Source: Lytechinus pictus (lineage: Eukaryota). From it: DNA of 64,000 bases. Made by a program: the position numbers and the translations under genes. The stretch is from contig NC_087263.1 of NCBI RefSeq assembly GCF_037042905.1, forward strand, positions 13,642,001 to 13,706,000. The letters are read 5' to 3'. Below are positions 57,201 to 64,000 of the stretch, in pieces (position 1 is the first letter of the stretch; every line of letters starts with the position of its first letter). The notes beneath the pieces are model-generated. The model did no database searches. It had not been told where the DNA came from and was given only the letters and a program-made list of their open reading frames with translations.

Positions 57201-60200
57201 CCGAGATTCTGGAGCTTTGAATAAATGGATAATGGTTCCTTTACTTTATTTACTTACTCTGACATTGGGGAAATGGATCCGAGAAATTTCCGGAGCTTGT
57301 GCATGTGACAGAGGATTGGCCAGTCAGATCGTAACCAGTCGGACAAGAGAATGCACATTCTTGGTTCAGGCTTACTTCCTCACCAGGTGTACAAGACGAA
57401 TTTACGTTTTCTCCCAATTCAGAAACCTCACAAGTAACTGAAACAACACGATTCAAAGAAAAGTTGGTGATGTCAGCAATCAAGATATTTAAGAAAAAGT
57501 CGTTTCTTATAACAGACCTCGAGTTTTGGCAACTGAGAAACCATTATCAACATGAAAAGATCAACGATGATATAAGGTTAATTACGAAGTGGAAAGTATC
57601 GAGGTGCAACTTAAATGGCGAACTATTACCCGGACTTTTGCTTCGGATTCTCTAAAGTCCTTAGGGAATTCAAGGAAGTAATCGGTACGGATTCCCATTA
57701 ACCTCATCTGGGTTGATTGGAACACAATGGAGATCAATATTCTACTAAAAGAAATTAGACCTTGGATGGGATTCGAACACGCGCCTCTCTGTTTCAAAAG
57801 CGAGAGTCAGAATATCTGGACCACGTCGCTTTATTGCTATGTCACCTCAAATAGTACCAGCACTACGACTACCACACCAGAGTCGCAAAACACACCCTAT
57901 ATTACCCCCTATAATAATTATGAAAATCTCCACCATCTTCAATAACTTATCACCATTGTCTTCACCATTAGATTGAGGCTACTATACCAATATATTGATA
58001 AAGACAACGTCATATCCGCTCTTTTGAATACTGAATATAATGTTCAAAAATATTTCATTTTCTCATCTAGGGTGTGGAAGTCTTATTCTTACATAATTAG
58101 GTAATTGACAATTTTTCAGTATGGTACAAAGCTTCTATGTCCAACTTACCCTGACATTTGGGAAATGAGTGTGAGAAATTTCCAGAGCTTGTGCAGTTAA
58201 CGGATGACGGTCCGACCAGCGCATAACCAGTTGGACAAGAAAAGGTGCATTCTTCTTCATAGTTTACTTGACTGCCAGGTGTACACGATGAGTTTACTTT
58301 GTCTCCCAGTGAGGTTACAGCGCACATCACGACTAATTTGAAAGAAAGAAATCAGGACGAGTGTCGGCAACTAACAAAAAACATCTAAGTTATGTCCTTT
58401 CCTGGAGGCAGGTAATATCGAATCATTGTTTAAGAACGTCAACGCATAAAACCTTCCGTTTGCCTTTATTGACGTAGCTATCGTTTGATTTTCGGTATAT
58501 CTATAAACGATTGTTTTCCAATCCCGATACTCCCACAAGTTATCATCGAGATACAAGGTCTTTGGCCAATAGAGCACATCTCCTTACTGTCAGAAAAGAA
58601 GGTCTTCCAAAAGAATACTGCGTTTCTACATGAAACGGAAGACAGATACACTAGATTTTACCCCAAGCCTGGGTTATCGGCACAAAAAGCAGAGCATTTC
58701 GTCTTTCATGTATTGTATTCCCAGAAATTCTTTCCGAGATTCTGGAGCTTTGAATAAATGGATAATGGTTCCTTTACTTTATTTACTTACTCTGACATTG
58801 GGGAAATGGATCCGAGAAATTTCCGGAGCTTGTGCATGTGACAGAGGATTGGCCAGTCAGATCGTAACCAGTCGGACAAGAGAATGCACATTCTTGGTTC
58901 AGGCTTACTTCCTCACCAGGCGTACAAGACGAATTTACGTTTTCTCCCAATTCAGAAACCTCACAAGTAACTGAAACAACACGATTCAAAGAAAAGTTGG
59001 TGATGTCAGCAATCAAGATATTTAAGAAAAAGTCGTTTCTTATAACAGACCTCGAGTTTTGGCAACTGAGAAACCATTATCAACATGAAAAGATCAACGA
59101 TGATATAAGGCAATTACGAAGTGGAAAGTATCGAGGTGCTTCTTAAATGGCGAACTATTACCCGGACTTTTGCTTCGGATTCTCTAAAGTCCTTAGGGAA
59201 TTCAAGGAAGTAATCGGTACGGATTCCCATTAACCTCATCTGGGTTGATTGGAACACAATGGAGATCAATATTCTACTAAAAGAAATTAGACCTTGGATG
59301 GGATTCGAACACGCGCCTCTCTGTTTCAAAAGCGAGAGTCAGAATATCTGGACCACGTCGCTTTATTGCTATGTCACCTCAAATAGTACCAGCACTACGA
59401 CTACCACACCAGAGTCGCAAAACACACCCTATATTACCCCCTATAATAATTATGAAAATCTCCACCATCTTCAATAACTTATCACCATTGTCTTCACCAT
59501 TAGATTGAGGCTACTATACCAATATATTGATAAAGACAACGTCATATCCGCTCTTTTGAATACTGAATATAATGTTCAAAAATATTTCATTTTCTCATCT
59601 AGGGTGTGGAAGTCTTTTTCTTACATAATTAGGTAATTGACAATTTTTCAGTATGGTACAAAGCTTCTATGTCCAACTTACCCTGACATTTGGGAAATGA
59701 GTGTGAGAAATTTCCAGAGCTTGTGCAGTTAACGGATGACGGTCCGACCAGCGCATAACCAGTTGGACAAGAAAAGGTGCATTCTTCTTCATAGTTTACT
59801 TGACTGCCAGGTGTACACGATGAGTTTACTTTGTCTCCCAGTGAGGTTACAGCGCACATCACGACTAATTTGAAAGAAAGAAATCAGGACGAGTGTCGGC
59901 AACTAACAAAAAACATCTAAGTTATGTCCTTTCCTGGAGGCAGGTAATATCGAATCATTGTTTAAGAACGTCAACGCATAAAACCTTCCGTTTGCCTTTA
60001 TTGACGTAGCTATCGTTTGATTTTCGGTATATCTATAAACGATTGTTTTCCAATCCCGATACTCCCACAAGTTATCATCGAGATACAAGGTCTTTGGCCA
60101 ATAGAGCACATCTCCTTACTGTCAGAAAAGAAGGTCTTCCAAAAGAATACTGCGTTTCTACATGAAACGGAAGACAGATACACTAGATTTTACCCCAAGC

Positions 60201-63200
60201 CTGGGTTATCGGCACAAAAAGCAGAGCATTTCGTCTTTCATGTATTGTATTCCCAGAAATTCTTTCCGAGATTCTGGAGCTTTGAATAAATGGATAATGG
60301 TTCCTTTACTTTTTTTACTTACTCTGACATTGGGGAAATGGATCCGAGAAATTTCCGGAGCTTGTGCATGTGACAGAGGATTGGCCAGTCAGATCGTAAC
60401 CAGTCGGACAAGAGAATGCACATTCTTGGTTCAGGCTTACTTCCTCACCAGGTGTACAAGACGAATTTACGTTTTCTCCCAATTCAGAAACCTCACAAGT
60501 AACTGAAACAACACGATTCAAAGAAAAGTTGGTGATGTCAGCAATCAAGATATTTAAGAAAAAGTCGTTTCTTGTAACAGACCTCGAGTTTTGGCAACTG
60601 AGAAACCATTATCAACATGAAAAGATCAACGATGATATAAGGCAATTACGAAGTGGAAAGTATCGAGGTGCTTCTTAAATGGCGAACTATTACCCGGACT
60701 TTTGCTTCGGATTCTCTAAAGTCCTTAGGGAATTCAAGGAAGTAATCGGTACGGATTCCCATTAACCTCATCTGGGTTGATTGGAACACAATGGAGATCA
60801 ATATTCTACTAAAAGAAATTAGACCTTGGATGGGATTCGAACACACGCCTCTCTGTTTCAAAAGCGAGAGTCAGAATATCTGGACCACGTCGCTTTATTG
60901 CTATGTCACCTCAAATAGTACCAGCACTACGACTACCACACCAGAGTCGCAAAACACACCCTATATTACCCCCTATAATAATTATGAAAATCTCCACCAT
61001 CTTCAATAACTTATCACCATTGTCTTCACCATTAGATTAAGGCTACTATACCAATATATTGATAAAGACAACGTCATATCCGCTCTTTTGAATACTGAAT
61101 ATAATGTTAAAAAATAATTCATTTTCTCATCTAGGGTGTGGAAGTCTTTTTCTTACATAATTAGGTAATTGACAATTTTTCAGTATGGTACAAAGCTTCT
61201 ATGTCCAACTTACCCTGACATTTGGGAAATGAGTGTGAGAAATTTCCAGAGCTTGTGCAGTTAACGGATGACGGTCCGACCAGCGCATAACCAGTTGGAC
61301 AAGAAAAGGTGCATTCTTCTTCATAGTTTACTTGACTGCCAGGTGTACACGATGAGTTTACTTTGTCTCCCAGTGAGGTTACAGCGCACATCACGACTAA
61401 TTTGAAAGAAAGAAATCAGGACGAGTGTCGGCAACTAACAAAAAACATCTAAGTTATGTCCCTTCCTGGAGGCAGGTAATATCGAATCATTGTTTAATAA
61501 CGTCAACACATAAAACCTTCCGTTTGCCTTTATTGACGTAGCTATCGTTTGATTTTCGGTATATCTATAAACGATTGTTTTCCAATCCCGATACTCCCAC
61601 AAGTTATCATCGAGATACAAGGTCTTTGGCCAATAGAGCACATCTCCTTAATGTCAGAAAAGAAGGTCTTCCAAAAGAAAACTGCGTTTCTACATATAAC
61701 GGAAGACAGATACACTAGATCTTTCCCAAAGCCTGGGTTATCGGCACAAAAAGCAGAGCATTTCGTCTTTCATGTATTGTATTCCCAGAAATTCTTTCCG
61801 AGATTCTGGAGCTTTGAATAAATGGATAATGGTTCCTTTACTTTATTTACTTACTCTGACATTGGGGAAATGGATCCGAGAAATTTCCGGAGCTTGTGCA
61901 TGTGACAGAGGATTGGCCAGTCAGATCGTAACCAGTCGGACAAGAGAATGCACATTCTTGGTTCAGGCTTACTTCCTCACCAGGTGTACAAGACGAATTT
62001 ACGTTTTCTCCCAATTCAGAAACCTCACAAGTAACTGAAACAACACGATTCAAAGAAAAGTTGGTGATGTCAGCAATCAAGATATATATTTAAGAAAAAG
62101 TCGTTTCTTATAACAGACCTCGAGTTTTGGCAACTGAGAAACCATTATCAACATGAAAAGATCAACGATGATATAAGGCAATTACGAAGTGGAAAGTATC
62201 GAGGTGCTTCTTAAATGGCGAACTATTACCCGGACTTTTGCTTCGGATTCTCTAAAGTCCTTAGGGAATTCAAGGAAGTAATCGGTACGGATTCCCATTA
62301 ACCTCATCTGGGTTGATTGGAACACAATGGAGATCAATATTCTACTAAAAGAAATTAGACCTTGGATGGGATTCGAACACACGTCTCTCTGTTTCAAAAG
62401 CGAGAGTCAGAATATCTGGACCACGTCGCTTTATTGCTATGTCACCTCAAATAGTACCAGCACTACGACTACCACACCAGAGTCGCAAAACACACCCTAT
62501 ATTACCCCCTATAATAATTATGAAAATCTCCACCATCTTCAATAACTTATCACCATTGTCTTCACCATTAGATTGAGGCTACTATACCAATATATTGATA
62601 AAGACAACGTCATATCCGCTCTTTTGAATACTGAATATAATGTTAAAAAATAATTCATTTTCTCATCTAGGGTGTGGAAGTCTTTTTCTTACATAATTAG
62701 GTAATTGACAATTTTTCAGTATGGTACAAAGCTTCTATGTCCAACTTACCCTGACATTTGGGAAATGAGTGTGAGAAATTTCCAGAGCTTGTGCAGTTAA
62801 CGGATGACGGTCCGACCAGCGCATAACCAGTTGGACAAGAAAAGGTGCATTCTTCTTCATAGTTTACTTGACTGCCAGGTGTACACGATGAGTTTACTTT
62901 GTCTCCCAGTGAGGTTACAGCGCACATCACGACTAATTTGAAAGAAAGAAATCAGGACGAGTGTCGGCAACTAACAAAAAACATCTAAGTTATGTCCCTT
63001 CCTGGAGGCAGGTAATATCGAATCATTGTTTAATAACGTCAACGCATAAAACCTTCCGTTTGCCTTTATTGACGTAGCTATCGTTTGATTTTCGGTATAT
63101 CTATAAACGATTGTTTTCCAATCCCGATACTCCCACAAGTTATCATCGAGATACAAGGTCTTTGGCCAATAGAGCACATCTCCTTACTGTCAGAAAAGAA

Positions 63201-63570
63201 GGTCTTCCAAAAGAATACTGCGTTTCTACATGAAACGGAAGACAGATACACTAGATCTTACCCCAAGCCTGGGTTATCGGCACAAAAAGCAGAGCATTTC
63301 GTCTTTCATGTATTGTATTCCCAGAAATTCTTTCCGAGATTCTGGAGCTTTGAATAAATGGATAATGGTTCCTTTCCTTTATTCACTTACTCTGACATTG
63401 GGGAAATGGATCCGAGAAATTTCCGGAGCTTGTGCATGTGACAGAGGATTGGCCAGTCAGATCGTAACCAGTCGGACAAGAGAATGCACATTCTTGGTTC
63501 AGGCTTACTTCCTCACCAGGTGTACAAGACGAATTTACGTTTTCTCCCAATTCAGAAACCTCACAAGTAA
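182..63570 (-). CDS. Partial multi-exon gene: very large extracellular protein with 46 selectin-type sushi/CCP domains followed by 7 cbEGF-like domains (about 3,045 aa in window; both ends lie outside)
   Basis: All exons are AG/GT bounded, phase 1-1, of length 180/183/114/105 nt (multiples of 3), with no stops or frameshifts. Sushi pattern C-x12-C-x11-CxFSC-PTGY-L-G-x-C-xxxG-FS-xxxP-xC. EGF pattern DI(D/N)(D/E)[15 protein letters not shown]...YTG..C. Confidence 0.88.
393..1089 (-). pseudogene. Decayed EGF pseudo-exon apparently split in two (3' part 393-472, 5' part about 1068-1089)
   Basis: Both pieces match the neighbouring EGF exons. Cys codons are lost, no AG acceptor is present, and about 600 bp of unrelated AT-rich sequence lies between them. 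Confidence 0.5.
1185..1289 (-). pseudogene. EGF pseudo-exon
   Basis: Near-identical to the intact EGF exons, but the acceptor segment is deleted, there is a roughly 10-nt deletion near the 3' end, and the donor is changed to GC. Confidence 0.7.
1290..3612. repeat. 393-bp tandem array, about 6 units (EGF exon + half pseudo-exon + half MITE)
   Basis: Exon spacing is 393, 393, 393, 392, 393 bp and the introns are near-identical. Confidence 0.93.
1372..3449 (-). CDS. Six intact 114-nt EGF exons: 1372-1485, 1765-1878, 2158-2271, 2551-2664, 2943-3056, 3336-3449
   Basis: Each is ttgcag|AT...ACA G|gt and encodes DIDDCDP(S/P)PCVN(G/E)GTCDDGIN(S/Y)[14 protein letters not shown](S/L)T, a fibropellin/Notch-type EGF. 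Confidence 0.85.
3544..3761 (-). pseudogene. EGF pseudo-exon disrupted by a MITE and a second insertion of about 24 bp
   Basis: Acceptor is intact (tttacag|AT). Foreign sequence lies at about 3695-3718, the MITE at 3573-3650, and the donor is mutated to CT. Confidence 0.8.
3573..3650. mobile_element. 78-bp MITE (Harbinger-like, CWG-type target)
   Basis: Left end GGGCCCGTAACACAAAGGTTAGCAAT versus reverse-complemented right end GGCCCTGTAACACAAAGTTTAGCAAT. Flanked by CCG/CAG within the exon sequence ACCAGGAG. Confidence 0.75.
4114..4293 (-). CDS. Sushi exon, diverged type A (last sushi before the EGFs)
   Basis: 180 nt, gtcag|TT ... CAG A|gtaagt; [15 protein letters not shown]...[15 protein letters not shown]. 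Confidence 0.8.
4500..5010 (-). mobile_element. Two tandem decayed copies of a tRNA-derived SINE (about 4500-4690 and 4800-5010)
   Basis: Homologous to the SINE in each 1,532-bp unit; B-box-like GAGTTCAATTC on the minus strand. Confidence 0.55.
5333..5512 (-). CDS. Sushi exon, unique A/B hybrid type
   Basis: 180 nt, catttcag|CA ... CGG G|gtaagt, six Cys. Confidence 0.85.
5748..5930 (-). CDS. Sushi exon, diverged type B
   Basis: 183 nt, aattag|TC ... CAG G|gttagt. Confidence 0.82.
6389..20344 (-). CDS. 19 alternating sushi exons. Type A (180 nt) low coordinates: 6389, 7930, 9462, 10994, 12522, 14051, 15579, 17107, 18636, 20165. Type B (183 nt): 7289, 8821, 10353, 11881, 13410, 14938, 16466, 17995, 19524
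   Basis: Type A: gtttcag|TT ACT TGT...CAG A|gtaagt. Type B: aattag|TC GTG ATG TGC...CAG G|gtaagt. Introns are about 711 and 458 nt. Confidence 0.87.
6740..6968 (-). mobile_element. Decayed tRNA-derived SINE in the long intron, copied in every array unit (first copy given)
   Basis: Minus strand GCGACGTGGTCCAG..TTCTGACTCTCGCTTTTGAAACAGAGAGGCGTGTGTTCGAATCCCATCC is a tRNA-like head with B box GTTCGAATCCC, followed by a non-tRNA body. Confidence 0.65.
21208..21807. mobile_element. 600-bp non-autonomous piggyBac-like element
   Basis: TTAA on both sides (21204-21207, 21808-21811). TIRs CCCTAAAAGGACTGGG and rc CCCTTAAAGGACTGGG (15/16). Confidence 0.88.
22180..22510. repeat. Degenerate interspersed-repeat remnant with spaced GCGAGCGCGAAGCGCGAG-like motifs
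   Basis: Motif variants at about 22181, 22378 and 22486; no termini resolved. Confidence 0.35.
22615..23669 (+). repeat. About 1-kb direct repeat, copy 1 (copy 2 at about 42255-43229)
   Basis: Collinear from CATGCATCCAGAAAT to TCATGATCATAGGCCTGGG with many substitutions and indels. Confidence 0.9.
24771..28868 (+). mobile_element. HINE (Helentron/DINE-1-like) copy A, interrupted by copy B
   Basis: 5' subTIR TGCATTGACGC plus its inverted repeat, then (TTC)n. Body resumes at 27109. 3' subTIR GCGTCAATGCA, hairpin ATCGTT-CGGA-AACGAT, terminal CTAG. Net length about 1.83 kb. Confidence 0.8.
24836..27108 (+). mobile_element. HINE copy B (has a 452-bp internal tandem duplication)
   Basis: Complete head and tail, with (TTC)n on both sides. 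Confidence 0.85.
28947..30755 (+). mobile_element. HINE copy D (1,809 bp)
   Basis: Complete head and tail, with (TTC)n on both sides. Confidence 0.85.
30763..34384 (+). mobile_element. HINE copy E, interrupted by F
   Basis: Head at 30763; body resumes at 32639. Net length about 1.81 kb. Confidence 0.78.
30831..32638 (+). mobile_element. HINE copy F (1,808 bp)
   Basis: Complete head and tail, with (TTC)n on both sides. Confidence 0.85.
34386..36695 (+). mobile_element. HINE copy G, long variant (2,310 bp) with 153-bp internal repeats
   Basis: Complete head and tail; extra sequence at about 35788-36443 and a deletion near 35565. Confidence 0.85.
39492..39652 (+). repeat. About 160-bp direct repeat, copy 1 (copy 2 at about 43823-43985)
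   Basis: Shared GCGATCTGCA...CCTCCTCATTTCTTTATCCCTTCCCCTTGTCATGTTTCCTTG... Confidence 0.88.
40081..40234. mobile_element. 154-bp fold-back MITE
   Basis: CTCGGTCACATTTG / CAAATGTGACCGAG outer arms and GGCGAGTCGAAAACAG / CTGTTTTCGACTCGCC inner arms; TSD not resolved. Confidence 0.75.
42255..43229 (+). repeat. About 1-kb direct repeat, copy 2
   Basis: See 22615-23669. Confidence 0.9.
43560..43790. repeat. Degenerate (TCTA)n/(TC)n microsatellite
   Basis: Runs of tatc/tctatc/tctc. Confidence 0.75.
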
Positions 63571-64000
63571 CTGAAACAACACGATTCAAAGAAAAGTTGG
63601 TGATGTCAGCAATCAAGATATTTAAGAAAAAGTCGTTTCTTATAACAGACCTCGAGTTTTGGCAACTGAGAAACCATTATCAACATGAAAAGATCAACGA
63701 TGATATAAGGCAATTACGAAGTGAAAAGTATCGAGGTGCTTCTTAAATGGCGAACTATTACCCGGACTTTTGCTTCGGATTCTCTAAAGTCCTAAGGGAA
63801 TTCAAGGAAGTAATAGGTACGGATTCCCATTAACCTCATCTGGGTTGATTGGAACACAATGGAGATCAATATTCTACTAAAAGAAATTAGACCTTGGATG
63901 GGATTCGAACTCACGCCTCTCTGTTTCAAAAGCGAGAGTCAGAATATCTGGACCACGTCGCTTTATTGCTATGTCACCTCAAATAGTACCAGCACTACGA
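45614..64000. repeat. Right arm of the 1,532-bp two-exon tandem array (12 units, continues past the window end)
   Basis: Resumes exactly where the left arm was interrupted; periods range from 1,488 to 1,536 bp. Confidence 0.97.
45933..63570 (-). CDS. 24 alternating sushi exons. Type B (183 nt) low coordinates: 45933, 47465, 48997, 50529, 52065, 53597, 55129, 56661, 58150, 59682, 61214, 62750. Type A (180 nt): 46574, 48106, 49638, 51170, 52706, 54238, 55770, 57258, 58791, 60323, 61855, 63391
   Basis: Same splice sites and reading frames as the left arm; no disabling mutations seen. Confidence 0.87.

Noticed and set aside
182..63570. Assigning a gene symbol (SELP, SVEP1, fibropellin, CR1, EBR1)
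   Set aside because: Only sushi and EGF modules are visible; no diagnostic lectin, vWA, CUB, avidin or TSP1 domains lie in the window.
5969..63574. Recurring 63-114 aa ORFs (MIFGISIND..., MKRKTDTLD..., MKQRGACS..., MEINILLK..., MLYWPKTL...)
   Set aside because: They are intronic or antisense to the sushi exons, have no domain signature, and recur only because the DNA is tandemly duplicated.

Overview
Eukaryotic (intron-containing) DNA; the EGF exons and repeat content suggest an echinoderm such as a sea urchin, but that is inference. One large minus-strand gene crosses the whole window and is truncated at both ends. It has 46 phase 1-1 exons each encoding a six-cysteine selectin-type sushi/CCP domain, followed by 7 intact calcium-binding-type EGF exons, about 3,045 aa in total if all are spliced. 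43 of the sushi exons lie in a near-identical 1,532-bp two-exon tandem array. One array unit is split by a 24,873-bp insertion (20741-45613) with an exact TTA target-site duplication and imperfect GG-starting TIRs, resembling PIF/Harbinger or Zator, with no recognisable transposase. More than half of that insertion (24771-38439) is seven non-autonomous Helentron/DINE-1-like (HINE) elements. They parse as a balanced nest, A[B] C[D,E[F],G], inserted into each other's (TTC)n microsatellite or directly after each other's CTAG end. The insertion also holds a piggyBac-like MITE, fossil copies of its own left end and an old internal duplication. The EGF exons form a separate 393-bp array whose unit carries half of a MITE and half of an exon that the MITE disrupted.
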